This document shows positions 29,300 to 44,920 of a stretch of 64,000 bases of DNA, piece after piece. How positions within the stretch are numbered: the stretch's first letter is position 1; the number at the start of each line of letters is the position of its first letter. Below the pieces are notes generated by a model. That model was not told the origin of the DNA and ran no database searches. It saw only the letters and a list, made by a program, of their open reading frames with translations. The position numbers and the translations under genes are program-made. Origin of the DNA: the human T2T-CHM13v2.0 reference genome, Homo sapiens; NCBI RefSeq assembly GCF_009914755.1, contig NC_060938.1. One strand, 5' to 3'.

Positions 29300-29960
29300 A
29301 CATGAAGACTAGACTGAAGAATTTAGATTTTAAATGCAAGGTAATGGGAATGCATTGGATTTGAAGGGCAAAGGAAAGGAAGAATAAAGGATTTCTACAA
29401 GGCTTGAGTCTATGCCAATAAAAGACACCATAACAGAATATGAATATAGGAAGAAAAGCAATTTGGGGGTGTAAGATGATTAGTATTAGACATTAGTTTT
29501 ATATGACAGAAGATCATCTGACTGGAGATGTCAAGCAGGCAGCTGAAATCACAGGATTAAATATGCATATGAAAATTTACTTTACATATGTTTGGACTTG
29601 GAAGTAATTTGAAGAGAGTTAACAGTTAAGACCAAAAGCATATGCAATATTGTCTAAGGAAAGAGAGTAGAGAAAGTAAAGAAATCAAAGTGAGGCTCTA
29701 ATACTTTCATTTATTAAACATATGTAGAAAAAGAAGTCATGAAAAGTGGGTGCAGAGGTAGGTAGTACAGTAATATATAATGCTAGAGTGTCTGAGATAT
29801 AAATAAACTTTGGAAATGGCATAGTTCAAATCCTTTATTTTATGTATGAACACAAGGAACTCTAGAGAAGTTACATGACTTCTTTCAAGTTATGTGACTC
29901 TTTAATGGTAAATCATGGGCACCTGAGCCTCATTCTCTGTCCAACACTCTCTAGACACAT
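29300..29960. mobile_element. L2 fragments followed by a MIR
   Basis: ggagatgtcaagcaggcagctg (L2); tagttcaaatcctttattttat...agagaagtta (MIR). Confidence 0.45.
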
Positions 29961-30231
29961 AATTACACTGTCTTCTTTGGAGTGGGAGTAGAAACCAAGG
30001 GAGGGCATAGACTAGGAAGACCCAAAGAACAATTTGGGTAGTTGTGTTTTCATTTTATCTTTTGTTCCTATGTACTTTTATTTGTAAAAGATTATTTTTT
30101 GCATTAAGGATACATATTCTCAATTTAGATATGAAGTTTTAACAGATTAGAAAAAAAGAAGGGAGTTTGAGTAAAAGTAGATCAAATGACTTACCAGTTT
30201 AATTTAGATCAAGTTCAAACCATTTGTCTGA

Positions 30232-30465
30232 AATAGATTGTCAAACAATAGCCATTGGGCCAAATGTGACCTGCCACCTATTTTAGTAAATAAAACTTTA
30301 TTGGAACACATCCATGCCTGTTTGTTTATATATAATCTGTGACTGCTTTCACACTGCAGTGGCAAAATTAAATAGCAACAGAGAAGCTATTGTTCCCAAA
30401 GGCTAAAATACTGACTGACTCTTTACAGGAAAACTGTAGAAAACATTTGTCAGCCCCTGATTTAG
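30232..30465. mobile_element. MER58-like DNA transposon
   Basis: gggccaaat...gtaaataaaactttattggaacaca...cagcccctg. Confidence 0.75.
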
Positions 30466-30545
30466 GAGGACATTAATCATATGTTGCTTGTATAATTATG
30501 AAAAACACAAAAGCAATGGTATTTCTAAGGCTTAATATGTTTTTA

Positions 30546-30744
30546 TTTTTTATTTATTTTTTGTACAATTTTATTTATTTATTTTTTTAATTTTATTATT
30601 ATTATACTTTAAGTTTTAGGGTACATGTGCACAATGTGCAGGTTTGTTACATATGTATACATGTGCCATGTTGGTATGCTGCACCCATTAACTCGTCATT
30701 TAGCATTAGGTATATCTCCTAATGCTATCCCTCCCCCCTCCCCC
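30546..30744 (-). mobile_element. severely 5'-truncated L1PA (L1PA4-like) 3' end
   Basis: L1PA 3' UTR terminus; perfect 19-bp TSD AAGGCTTAATATGTTTTTA at 30527..30545 and 30745..30763. Confidence 0.92.
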
Positions 30745-30784
30745 AAGGCTTAATATGTTTTTAAAACTTATTTTGAGATTTTAT

Positions 30785-31200
30785 TATTGAGGATTCAACA
30801 AGAGAAGCAGAACTAGTAAGATAGATATACATATAGAGATATCTATGTCTATATATAGAAATATAGATATCAAGGAATATTTAATAATTGAGGGGACTGC
30901 CTAAACAAGTCTGACATCCATAGGACAGGCCATCAGGAAGGGAAGATTATGGACAGGCTGGGAGTCACAGGGATAGATGAAAGCTGCTGTCCATGAGTAG
31001 ATTTTCTTCAGGAAAATTCTTTATTTCAGGAAACTTACCTCTGCTTTTAAAGCCTTGCAATTGTTTGAATCAGGCCCATCCAGATTATTCAAGATTATCT
31101 CCTTATTGCAAGTCAACTTGCTAGGAGCTTTAATTATGTCTACAAAATTCTTTCACAGCAATACCTACATCATTGGCTAAAATAACTGGGGACTCTAGCT
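30785..31200. mobile_element. MLT2-like LTR
   Basis: agagaagcagaactagtaagatagatata...aatcaggcccatccagattat...tcacagcaatacct. Confidence 0.55.
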
Positions 31201-33820
31201 TCAAATATTTTGCAGCTCTGTTGTTGGTGCATACACGTTTAGGACTGTTATGTCTTCTTGGTGGACTGACCGTTTTATCAGTAGGTAATGTTCTGTCTGA
31301 CTCTGGTAATTTCCTTTGCTTCAAAGTTTACTTTATCTGAGATTAATGAAGCCACTCCTGCTTTCTCTTGATTAATGTTTAGGATATCTTTTTCCATTCT
31401 TTTACTTTCAACCTGCATATATTATTATATTCGAAGTGAGTTTCTTGTTGACAACATACAGTTGGATCATGTTCTTTTACCTTTTAGCTAATTTTTATCT
31501 TTTAATTGATGAACGAAGACCATTTATATTTACTATAGCCAACTGACCTGTTAGGGCTTATGTCTGCCATTTTGTTTTCTTGTTTTATATTTGTTTCCTT
31601 TGTTTATCTTTCTTCTGTTTTCTTTTTTGTGCCTTCCTGTGAGCTTCCTGAACACATTTTGAAATTCTATTTTTATTTATCCATAGTGTTTTTTAGTGTA
31701 TCTCTTCATATAGTTTTTTTTAGTGGTTGTTCTATTACAATGCATATACATAACTTACTATAGTCTGTTAGTGTTGACATTTTACCAGTTTGAGTAAAGT
31801 GTAGAAATGTTACTTTCCTTCCAGTCTATTTCTTCTCTCCTGTTAATATTTGACTTAAATATTTTCACCATATACATTGAGAACCAATGAGACAATATTA
31901 TAGTTTTTTCACATCAACTAATCAAAGATAATTTAGAAAAATCAAGAAAAGAAGGGAAGTTTATTAATACTCTTTCCATTGTGCTTTCCTCTTTCCTGGC
32001 ATTCCAAGATTCCTTTTTTTTTTCTTTCCATTTCAAAAACTTTCTTTAGTCATTTCTTAGGGTAGTTCTGCTGGTAACAGTTTGCTTAGTTTTCCTTCCT
32101 ATGAGAATGTCTTGCTTTCTCTTTTTATTTCTGAATGATATTTTCTCTGGATATAGAATTCTGGGTTGATGTTTCTCTTTCACCACTTGAAAATGTCGTG
32201 CCACATTCCCTGGTTTCCATAGTTTCTGATTAGAAATCTGCTGTCACTTACATTGTTTTTCCTTTATAGGTAAGATTTAATTCCTCTGTCACTGTTTTCA
32301 TGCCTTTTTTCTCTGTCATTAGTTTTTAGAAATTTGATTCTGATTATTATTATGTGTCCTTGCATGGATTTGGGTTTTTTTTCCTGTCTGAGGTTTGCTT
32401 AGCTTCTTACTTAGTTTCTTAGTTTATGTCTTTTGCCAGATTTGGAAGATTTTTGGTTATAACTTCTTCAAATACTTTTTCAGCCCCACATTATTTCTCT
32501 TCTTTTTCTATGAATCCAGTGATACTAATATTAAATCTTTTTTATGGTTCCACAAATACAGGATATGCCCATCTTGGTAAAGTGAGGCTCATTTATTTAT
32601 GGGTCTATTTTCTCTCTTTTGTTCATACTGGGTAATGTCTATTGTTCTGTCTTCAAGTTCAGTTATTCTTTTCTCTTTTCTTTCCACTCTGCTATTGAGT
32701 CCCTATCCATTGCATTTATTTGTTTACAGTATTTTTCAATTCTAAAATTTTCATTTCATTCTTCATATCTTCTATTGCTTTGCTATCACTTATTTCTTTG
32801 CTAAGGGTTTCTGTTTTTTTCATTTGTTTCAAGTATGTCCATAATTGCTTGTTGAGCATTTTTCCTTTGACTGCTTTGAAATGCAATTAAAAATATTTGT
32901 GTCATTTCAAAGTTGGCATCCGTTGATCGTCTTTTCACATTCAAGTTGAGATGTTCTTGGTTCTTGGCATAACATACTTTTTATTTTATTCTGGACATTT
33001 GGGGTATTATGTGGGTCTTATTTAAATCTATTTTAGCAAGCCTCCCTTGGCACTATACCAGTGAGAAGACGAGGAACAACTTTGTTGCTGTCAGGTGGGA
33101 GATAGAAGTTCAAATTCCTCCATTTGGCTTCTGTTGACAACCTGGAGGTGTGTTCTTCATTAACTGCTAGGCTAGAGTTGGAGTTCATGCTCCCCACCAG
33201 GCCTCCATTGATTTACTCTGGCTGGGAAGGAAGGAACTCCTTGTTACTATTACCCAGAACCCTTCACTGATTCATCCTGGCTGGGAGAGACAAGAATACC
33301 TAATTGATGCTCCACAGATAACTCATTATTACTGGGTGGAAGTGGGAATCCAAACTCCCCATGTTATCTACAATAACACTTGCATGCAGGGAGTGGGGAC
33401 ATGTGTTACTGCTGAGGAGGGATGAAATACAGGTTCCCACTCAGCAGGTGGATGATGAAGAAGTGCCTTGTTACAGATGAGCACTGGTGAAAGTCTAAGC
33501 AGCCCATTCTGCTTTTACTTGTGGGCATGAAGTTGGGGGCCACAGTTTATTCTGTAGGATTTAGCAGGAGTAGGCTTGTTATCGTCTAAAGTTTTCTGCT
33601 GTGCTAGGCTTCCCCTTTCCCGATCCTTTGATTAGAGAGAGCAGGCTTTTTGTGGACTTTGTCTTGTTATTTCCTTACTGTCATTTCTGGGTTTCTAGCT
33701 TCTCTAACACCCAGTAGAGATTATGAGGCAAAAAGAAAATCCAGGGTGTCATTCCTCAGGTCCTGAGGTACCTACCTGGTCTGCCTTCTTCTCCACATCT
33801 TTCAGTATTCTTATGTTTGG
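31200..33820 (-). mobile_element. old L1M 5' half (EN/ORF1/5' region)
   Basis: antisense EN-like gttggtgcatacacgtttaggactgttat and ORF1-like gatatagaattctgggttga motifs. Confidence 0.6.
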
Positions 33821-33845
33821 TTTTAATTTCTTTAATTAAAAAAAA

Positions 33846-34164
<319 letters not shown>

Positions 34165-34287
34165 TAGCTCTACTTAGTAGGAGGAATCTGGAAAAATGAG
34201 TCCACTGAATTTTTACCTAAAACCAGAGAACTATGTAATTTAGTCATCTGTAAGACAGGACATCATTTTCTAAATATCTTCATATAG

Positions 34288-34452
<165 letters not shown>

Positions 34453-34575
34453 TAATTACATTATGTAATTATTATCATTTTTCTGAAGCTTACATTTATA
34501 CAACTTATCTAAATATAATCAATAATTCATAAAATTATCTACTGTACTGAAAAGATTCATGCTAAGTAATGAGCA

Positions 34576-34810
34576 TTTTTTGAGATGGGGTCTCAAAAAA
34601 TGGCTCACTGCAGCTTCAACCTTGCAGGCTCAATCGATCCTCCGACTATAGGCACGCACCACCAAGCATGGCTAATTTTCTTTGTATTTTTTGTGGAGAC
34701 AGCATTTATGCCATGTTGCCAGGCTGGTCTCCAATCATGGGCTCAAGTGGTTCACCTGCCTCAGTCTCCCAAAGTGTTGGGATTTCAGGTGTGAGCCACT
34801 GTGCCCAGCC
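34576..34810 (-). mobile_element. AluJ with internal deletions
   Basis: partial right arm and complete left arm. Confidence 0.8.
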
Positions 34811-35927
34811 TAAAATTAAAAATTCCTTTGTATGGCATAAAAGACTCTTTATTATCTGTCCATTATTATCTCTTGTAGTCCTTTTCTTTACTGCCCATGA
34901 CACTTCATACTTCAGAAATTCTGAAATATTCTAGTTACTGAATCTCAATCATAAGATGTTCTTTCATATTTGTTTCTCCCTTTGTTTTTCCTGTTGCACT
35001 GCCTAGAACTCTTTTCTGCTAATTTGCTCGACAAATACCTATAACTCCTCCAAATATCATCTCAAGATGTTTCTCCTCCATGCTGTCATCCTTGACTTTT
35101 TAAAATAGATTTTATTTCCCTGAAATGCCATTACATTGGTATGATAGAGATGCTAACTCTATCACAGCAATTCTCCTCTTTATTTTTATTTTTCTGGCTC
35201 CCACTTCTTGGGGGCTGAAACATTTCTTTCATCTTTCTTGTAGCCTTTCCAAACACATCCGCTGCACTTAGGAAATACTAATGGAAATATGTTGACTGAA
35301 TGAATGACTTATTAGTGGGTAAAAGTATGTCATAATTGTAACTTCAAGTTTAGGATTTATTTAGAGAACTGGTTAGGGAAAGGGATGTAGTTTTATGCTC
35401 TTCTCTGTCATGGCTCAAATGAAGATATAGCTATAGACTGGGAATCAAGCATTCTGTTTAATTACCAAAATGTTCACACAGGGTGGAATGCCATAAAAGT
35501 TTCCAGAAGATACCACAGAAACTCTATTTTCAAAGACCTTACCTGCTTTTCCTTTCCTTTCCTATCCCTAACCACTTCCTGGTATTTCAGAAATGACCTA
35601 CTTCAATATATATCATCTGAAGTTTATAACCTGAAAAGCTTATGATTTACAATATCAACTTCACTATGATTTCATAAACATATATGTGAATTTATAAAGA
35701 AAGTGGAAATGTCTCTTTTATAAGTTTCTTCTATAATAGTGCTATGTTTATATGGTAATAGATGTGTTTTTTTTTAAAGCAACCAAATTCTATGTCACTT
35801 TCTTGCATATGTACCCAACAAAAATGTATATTCAGCCGATTATTTAACCAATTCATTTTACATTAAAGTAATTATTTTTATACTTGTCAGGTGAGACTTT
35901 TTAAATGTCTTTGGTGGCTGTATGTGA

Positions 35928-36446
<519 letters not shown>

Positions 36447-36749
36447 TAAACATAGGTAAATAGCTGTCTTTTCGACTAAAAATTATTTCATCCTTGTCAG
36501 GTTTGGAGAAATCAGGAGAACAGATTGAGAAAGTTGAGGAGTTTTCTAGGGTCTCCATGTGAAGTACTGTAATTTCCCAGAATGTCAGATTAAAAACACA
36601 TTGAAAACTAAATCTAGATTATTTAGGATATAAACATTTGTTGTTTTAGCACTAATATATTATTAAATTATGTGGTATATTCCAAGTTTTATCCATACAA
36701 TTTTTAATAATTTCTAGGATTTCTGATTAATAAGATATTCTTTCTGTAG

Positions 36750-36890
<141 letters not shown>

Positions 36891-37589
36891 TAGTATTCTT
36901 TATTTTTATGATTATAACTAATTTTGGCTGGGAATTTTAAAAGCAGTTAATCACATTAATGATAGCAGTAACACATTCCAGTACATAAAATTTAGCTTAT
37001 TGTAATACCTATTTTATTTAATAGCTACATGCCAAAAATAAACTTCATAATAAAAAGGTACTCAAAATATTTCTCTCATTGTTTATTCTCTGCCTTCTCC
37101 ATTTCAAACCTATATTGTGAATAAAGGGAAAAAACCAAAAAACAAACAAACAAAAGGCCTTGTACTGCATGTTTAATGACCTTGGGTTTCTTTTTTAAAA
37201 ATTGAGGTACAATTCACATACCATAAAACTCACCCTGTATGTACAATTTAGCAATTTTTAGTTTCTTCATCATAAACATTTTTATCAACTCACAAAGGAA
37301 CCCTATACACAGTAGCATGGACGTGGGCTTTTTTTTTAGCATTTGTTTTGCTTTTATTTCTAAATTATTTATCTGGTCACTTAATGACTCAGCACCAATG
37401 GAATAGATACTTTATGCAAAAAATGACGACAAACCTTCTACCTCCTTACACATTTTTGACAGAACATATATATACATCATATATAATACATCATATATAT
37501 GATATATATATTTTATAATGTGTATCTCCAAATCAGAATGCTTTCATTCCAGTTTTCCCAATAAAGAACATTCCTTGTGCTTTTTATTA

Positions 37590-40130
37590 CCTCTATCGAA
37601 GTATAATTTCCTTGCAACAAAATTCACCAATGTAAGTGTAAAGTTTAATGAATTTTGACAAATGTATTCAATCATAAAACCTCTACCACAATCAAAATAC
37701 AAAGTATTCCCATTCCAGAAACTTCCTTTGTAATCTCTCCCCCGACACCCTGGCACCTGGCAACAACCACTGATCTGCTCTCTCGCTATAATTTTGCCTT
37801 TTTCCAGAATTTCATATAATTGGAATTATGTAGTAAGTAGTTTTTGTGCCTGGCTCCTTTTACTTAGCATAATGCTTTTGAGAGTCATTCATTTTGTTCC
37901 AAGTGTCAGTAATTTATTTCATTTTATTGCCGAATAGTATTCTATTATATGTATTATATGACAAGTTATTTATGCATTTATCATTGATGAACATTTTGGT
38001 TGTTCCTAATTTTAGGCTATTACGATTAAAGCTACTATGAACATTTCATTTATATACATACTTTTTTGGATCCTATTCATATTTGATTTTTCTAATAGTT
38101 TTATTGAAGTGGCAGTTAATGTATCATGTTTACTTATATTAAGTGTATAATTCAATAATTTTACTAAATTTATAGAGTTGTATAATCATGACTGCAATAC
38201 AATTTTATAACATTTTCCATCTCACCAAAAAGATCCTTCATGTCCATTTACAGTCAACTTCCTTTCCCACCTCTAGTCCCAAACAACCTCTAATCTGTTT
38301 TCTAGAATTGTATTTTCTAGACATTGCATATAAATGGAACTATAAAATAGACGGTCTTTTGCCTCTGGCTTCTTACACTCAGCATGATGTTTTCAAGGTT
38401 CATTCACATTATGGCATGTGTTAGTAGTTCCCTCCTTTTTATTGCTGAATATATTGGCCATTTCACTGTATGGATATGACTGTATGGATATGTTACATAA
38501 TGTTTATTCATCAGTTGATGGAAATTTGGATTGTTTCTATTTTTTGGCTGGTTTGACTAACACTGCTTTAAACATTTGTGTACAAATATTTGCATGCACT
38601 CATATTTTCATTATGTTTATTTTGGGTAGATACCTATGAGTGGAATGGTTGGGTCATACAGTAACTTAACATTTAGCTATTTAAGAAACCGCTAAACTGT
38701 TTTCCAAAATGGTTGCACCATTTTTCATTATCACCAGTAGCATGTGAAGATTTTAATTCCTGCACATCTTTGCCAATGCTTGTTATTGCCCATCTTTTAT
38801 AGTATAGCCATTCTAATACATTTGAAGTGGTATCTCATTGTGGTTTTAATTTGCATTTTCCTAATGACGAATAGTGTTGAGCAGTGTTTCATATGCTTAT
38901 TAATCCTTCATATATCTTCTTTGGTAAAATCTCTATTCGAATCTGAAACCTAATAAACCTAATTGTTTAATTAGGTTGCTTGGCTTTTCATTATTAAGTG
39001 TCTTTATACTGGGGGTAAGCCCTTTATTAAAAAATGATTTACAGATATTGTCTCTCAATCTGTGGCCTCTCTTTTCATTTTCTTAAATGATGTCTTTGAA
39101 GAAATTTTAATTTTGATAAAGTCTAATTTACCATCTTTTCTCTTACAGATTGCAATTTAGGTGTTATATGTAATAATTCTTTGCCTAACCTAAGGTCACA
39201 AAGATGTTCTCTTGTTTTCTTTAAAAAGTTTTATGTTTTCACTCTTACATCGAGTCCTATGGTCTATTTTGAGTTAATGTTTGTGTATGTTGTGAGGTAG
39301 GAGTGAGGTCTAAATCTATTTTTGTATGTGGATATTCAGTTGTCTGAGCACCATTTCCTTAGAACACTCTCCTTTCCTCTATTGAATTGTTTTGGCACCT
39401 TTGCTAAAAATCAGTTAAGCATAAATGTAAGAGTTTATTTATGTACTCAGTTCTGTTCCATTGATCTGTATGTCTGTCCTTTTGTGCCAGTACTAGACTG
39501 GTTTGATTACTGTGGTTTTATAAAAAATTTTAAAATCAGTGATTTAAGCTCTCCAACTTTGTTCTTTTAAAAGATTGTTTTGAATATTCTAGATTCTTTG
39601 CATTTCTTTATAAATTTTAGGATAAGATGTTTATTCGCAGTGAGTGGGGGGGATGTCTTCTGGGCTTTTGATAGAGATTGTATTAAATGAATCTATTGAT
39701 CAATTTGGGAGAATTGCCATTTTAGTAATATGGAATCTTCTAATCCATACACATAGAATATTTCTCTATTTATTTAGATCTTTGTTAATTTCTCTCAGTA
39801 ATGTTTTGTAGTTCTCTGTGTACAGATTTTCCACTTTTTATTAAATTTATGCTGAAGTATTTTATTCTTTTTTATACTTTGTGAAAAGAATTTTTGCTTA
39901 ATTTCATTTTCAGATTATTTATTGCTGGTAGGTAGAAAATTCAGTTGATTTTTGTACATTAATCTTTTATCCTGTGACCTTGCTAAACTCCTTTATTGCT
40001 TCAAGTAGTTTTTTGGTGGATCTTTTAGGATTTTCTAAATACAGGATCATGTCATCTGAAAATAAAGACAGTTTTATTTACTCCTTTCCAATCTGGATGC
40101 ATTTTTTTCTTGCCTGATTGCATTTTCTAA
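37590..40130 (-). mobile_element. old L1M (L1ME/L1MB) 3' portions
   Basis: two successive antisense 3' UTRs (~37590..38050 and from ~38090) followed by antisense ORF2 sequence. Confidence 0.65.
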
Positions 40131-40307
40131 TGCTTTTCATTGTAACACCTTATGTACTTCTTTATTCTAGACCATTCTTTTTAAAGAATAAGTATTATTA
40201 TATAAAATATAAACAGACTGTATTAAGCTTAATTCTGATATATTAATAAATTTATATTTTCTTAACTTCAGTTTATAGTAAACACATACTGAACTGTCTT
40301 TTTATAA

Positions 40308-40502
<195 letters not shown>

Positions 40503-41280
40503 TAGAAACACTGTTACTGTATAAGTCTTTATTTTTAAAAACTGATTTTATCATCATTCTGTTTTGATAAGCAAATATAAGCATCAGTATTTACTCAAAC
40601 ATTCATAGACAAAAATATTTTAATAATCACAAATTGATTTTTCTTGGTTACTTACATTTTTTAGAAACCATTTTTAAAGGTCAATGCAGTATTCTGAGAA
40701 TATATATAGTATTACGTCATAATTTACTTGTATATCGTATTCAACTTAAAAAACAATAAAAAAAACAGTGGATAATTCACAAGTATTTATTAAACCCAGA
40801 ATTGTGGTAAGTACTATGAAAGATATGGAAGTACTATGTTATTATAATTATGTATCATTGAAATCCTTGATCTAAGTAGCTTAAGATCTATCTGTGGAGA
40901 TGTACTGGGCCAAAGATGAAGTTCAGACTATGTATTACTAACTTAAGTGCAATAGAAGTTCAGAGAGAAGAGAAATTAAAAGATTAGCTCGTCGGCATGT
41001 ATAGAACTCTTTAAAGGAGTGATAGAATCTAGATTGAAGGTGAGCATTACTGAGTGCTTTGCAAGCAGGGGGAGGAGGAAAAGAGTCACAGGACATGACT
41101 GTGGTGTCTATGGGCCAAGACTTGAAAAGGGAACAACCTGATGAGAACAAAGAATATGCACTTTTCTAAGAGAGTTATAAATCCTCTAAACATGATTAAT
41201 TTGATAAATAATCCTCATTTCAATATATGAGATCATTTTATTTAGTTTTTGTTTAAATAAGCCTCATTACTTTACAGTAA

Positions 41281-41897
41281 TTTTTTTATTATACTTCAAG
41301 TTCTGGGATACATGTGCAGAATGTGCAGGTTTGTTACATAGGTATACATGTGCCATGGTGGTTTGCTGCACCCAACAACCCATCATCTACATTAGGTATT
41401 TCTCCTAATGCTTTCCCTTCCCTTGTCCCCCTACTCCCTGACAGGCCCCAGTGTGTGATGTTCCCCTCCCTGTGTCCATGTGCTCTCACTGTTCAACTCC
41501 CACTTATGAGTGAGAACATGCAGTGTTTGGTTTTCTGTTCCTGTGTTAGTTTGCTGAGAATGATGGTTTCCAGCTTCATCCATGTCGCCACAAAGGACAT
41601 GAACTCATTCTTTTTTATGGCTGCATAGTATTCCATGGTGTATATGTGCCACATTTTCTTTATCCAGTCTAACATGGATGGGCATTTAGGTTGGTTCCAA
41701 GTCTTTGCTATTGTGAATAGTGCTGCAATAAACATATGTGTGCATGTGTCTCTATAGCAGAATGATTTATAATCCTTTGGGTATATACCCAGTAATGGGG
41801 TTGCTGGGTCAAACGGTATTTCTGGTTCTAGATCCTTGAGGAATTGCCACACTGTCTTCCACAATGTTTGAACTAATTTACACTCCCACCAACAATT
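41281..41897 (-). mobile_element. L1PA7-like 3' end (~600 bp)
   Basis: ORF2 C-terminus (within ORF 41493..42092) plus 3' UTR; TSD AGTAATTTTT at 41276..41285 and 41898..41907. Confidence 0.88.
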
Positions 41898-42294
41898 AGT
41901 AATTTTTAAATTTTGTGGAATAGTGAAAAATTGAGGTTGAAAATATAGAGCCAGGACCAAAGTAGGGAAAGCCAAGCAGAGAAATTTGTACAGGATGTAG
42001 TCAACAATAGATAGGAGCTTGAAACTTTGAGAAGTAGCGTGAGAAAAACACAGGGCTTGGGACATTAGTCTAACAATAATTTTTAATGGCATAGGAGAAA
42101 GGCAGGTATATCCATCAGTGGGACATGTGGGGAGACATCGAGGTAGTTGATCTGAGTATGGTAACTTCTCAAAGACAGGCCTTTCTAGACCATATTTTTA
42201 AAAATTTGAATGCATCTATCAAAAGCACTTGTGATTTGGATCAAGAACCTGGAGACCTGGCCTTAAAAACAAGAAATTCAGCACAATGACAGAT

Positions 42295-42645
42295 CTTTTT
42301 TTAAAAAAATAATTATTTTAGATTCAAGGGGTACATGTGTATGTTTGTTAACATGGTATTATGTACTAGTGGGAATTGGGCTGCTAGTGTACCCATTGCC
42401 CAAATAATGAATATAGTATCCAATAGGTAATTTTTCAACCCTCACCCCCCTCCCATTCTCCCCCTTTTTGCGGTGTACTTATTGTTGGAGCGTACTTACT
42501 GTGTACTTATTGCTTAGCTCCCACGTGTAGGTAAGAACATGCAGTATTTGATTTTCTGTTTCTGAGTTAGCTCACTGAGGATAATGGCCTCCAGCTCCAT
42601 CCAGGCTGTGGTAGAGGGCATGATTTCATTCTTTTTTATGGCTGT
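42295..42645 (-). mobile_element. L1PA16/L1PB-like 3' end
   Basis: gattcaaggggtacatgtg...ccaataggtaatttttcaaccc; flanked by tgacagat on both sides. Confidence 0.75.
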
Positions 42646-42654
42646 GACAGATTG

Positions 42655-43031
42655 ATTTTTGTTTTTGTGTTTTTTTCGGTTGGTTTTTTGTTTTTGGTTT
42701 TTTTTTTATTTTTTATTTTATTATTTATTATTTTTTGAGAAAGGGTCTCTCTGTATCACCCAGGCTGGAGTGCATTGGCACAATCATAGCTCACTGCAGC
42801 CTCAACCTCCGGAGCCCAAGTAATCCTCCCACCTCAGCTTCCTGAGTAGCTGGGACTATAGGCTTGTGCCACCATGCCTGGCTAATTTTTTAATTTTTCT
42901 ATCTTTTTTTTTTGATACGGGGTCTCAATTTGTTACCCAGGCTGGTCTCAGACTCCTGGCCTTAAGAGATCCTTTCACCTCAGCCTCCCAAAATGGTGGG
43001 ATTACAGGCGTGAGCCACCACTCCCTGCCCA
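42655..43031 (-). mobile_element. AluJ with a long compound T-rich tail
   Basis: J-type dimer. Confidence 0.85.
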
Positions 43032-43194
43032 GATATTTTAAAAGATACACTGACATACAAAAAAGCAGACCACCTAACCCTGGAAGGTCTATTTCAATCT
43101 AATAATGTAATGGAGGAGTATGTTCTGATGCCATGGCGAGCATGGCAAATTAGAGTAGGGCAGCCTTATTCAGGAAGTGAGGCAGTTTACTCTG

Positions 43195-43880
43195 ACAATA
43201 ACAGCTGCCATTTATGGAGTCACTAGGCAAGGTGTTTGTCTACATAGATTGTCATATTTAATCTTCACAGCAACTCTACATGGTAAGGATTGTTACATAT
43301 ATTTTACAAAAAAAAAAAAAAAGAAAGTGACATTCAGTGTGGTTTAATAATTTGCCAAGTTTGCACCAGTGTGTGTTATGGTACAAAGTCAAACCTAGAT
43401 CTATCTACCTCCAAAGCACATGCAGTTTCTATCCAGCTTGAATGGTATAATAAGGGCATAGACTAGAGTGCTGGCAGTGGGAGTGGTAAGAGGTGAATCC
43501 AAAAGGCAGTTTAAAAGGAATAAATATTAGGACTTAGTGGCTAATTAGATGTAAAATAAAGAGAAAAACTGTCCCAGATGTTTTTATAATTTCATTGGGA
43601 GATTGGGCAAGAGGAGGTACTAAAGCTAAAGTCATTGGGAAATGTTGCTCATTTGGGAGTAGAGAAAGATCAGCTTGTGTTATAACAATTTTGATGCACT
43701 AAAAATAGAAACTTTTTCTAGCAATAGTACTGGACCACAAGTCAGGACTAGAGATACATTATTTTAGAATGATCACAATGGAAGTGACAGGAGAAGTCAA
43801 AAATGTATGTGCTTACTTAAAAGTAAGCACACAGAAAGATGAATGAAAGGCTGAGAAGAGCTTTGAAGACATTCTACCCC
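43195..43880. mobile_element. MIR followed by L2 fragments
   Basis: tttaatcttcacagcaactct...attttaca (MIR), then a purine-rich L2-like block. Confidence 0.5.
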
Positions 43881-43884
43881 TTTC

Positions 43885-44672
43885 TCTATATCCTTGTCAG
43901 CATTTATGATTGCCTGTCTTTTGGATAAAAGCCATTTTTACTGGGGTGAGATGATATCTCATTTGTATTTCCCTTATGATTAGTAATGCTGAGCATTTTT
44001 CCATATACCTGTTGACCATTTGTATTTCTTCTTTTGAGAAATGTCTATGCAGACCTTTTTCCTGTTGAGTTGTTTGGGCTCCTTATATATTCTGGTTATT
44101 AATCCCTTGTCAGATGGGTAGTTTACAAATACTTTCTCCCATTCTGTAAGCTATCTCTTCACTTCGTTGATTGTTTCCTTTGCTGTTCAGGAGCTTTTTA
44201 GCTTGATGCAGTCCCATTTGTCCATTTTTGCTTTGGTTGCCTGTGCTTTTGAGGTATTACACAAGAAATCTTTGTCAAGTCCATTTTGATTTTATTTTTG
44301 TATATGATGAGAGATAGGGGTCAAGTTTCATTTCTTCTGCATATGGATATCCAGTTTTCCACCCACCATTTATTGAAGAGACTGTCTTTTCCCCAATGTG
44401 TGTTCTCAGCACCTTTGTTAAAAATGAGTTGACTGTAAATGTGTGGATTTATTTCTGAGTTCTCTATTCTGTTCCCTTGGTCTATGTGTCTGTCTTTATG
44501 CCAGTTCTTAAGAGGACACTAGCCATATTAAATTAATGCTCATCCCAATGACCTCATTTAACCTTAATTATCTTTTTAAAGACCCTTTCTCCAAATACAG
44601 TCACATTTTGAGGTACTGGAGGTTAGGATTTTCACATATGAATTGGAGGGGGACACAATTCAGCACATAATA
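43885..44672 (-). mobile_element. L1MA ORF2 fragment (to ~44505) joined to an MLT1 LTR half (~44505..44672)
   Basis: aagccattttaactggggtgagatgatatctc...; ccaaatacagtcacattttgaggtactgg...ggggacacaattcag. Confidence 0.7.
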
Positions 44673-44699
44673 ATCAAGGAGAATGAATATTGACTGAAA

Positions 44700-44920
44700 T
44701 GTAGTATGGCATACTAGAAAGATAATTGAGCTTAAAATGTAAAAGGTCTAAGTTAGGCCTGATACTGCCATTTTTATGTCTTTGAGAAAGCCACTTAATT
44801 TCTCTGACCCTCAATTTTCTGATTAGAAAAAAGAGATAAAATATTTCCCCTGTAGTATTTTGAGACTCTAATAGAAAATACTGTACATATAAAAGCATTT
44901 TGTAAATTGGAGAGTCTTCA
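44700..44920. mobile_element. MIR
   Basis: aagccacttaatttctctgaccctcaattttct. Confidence 0.65.
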
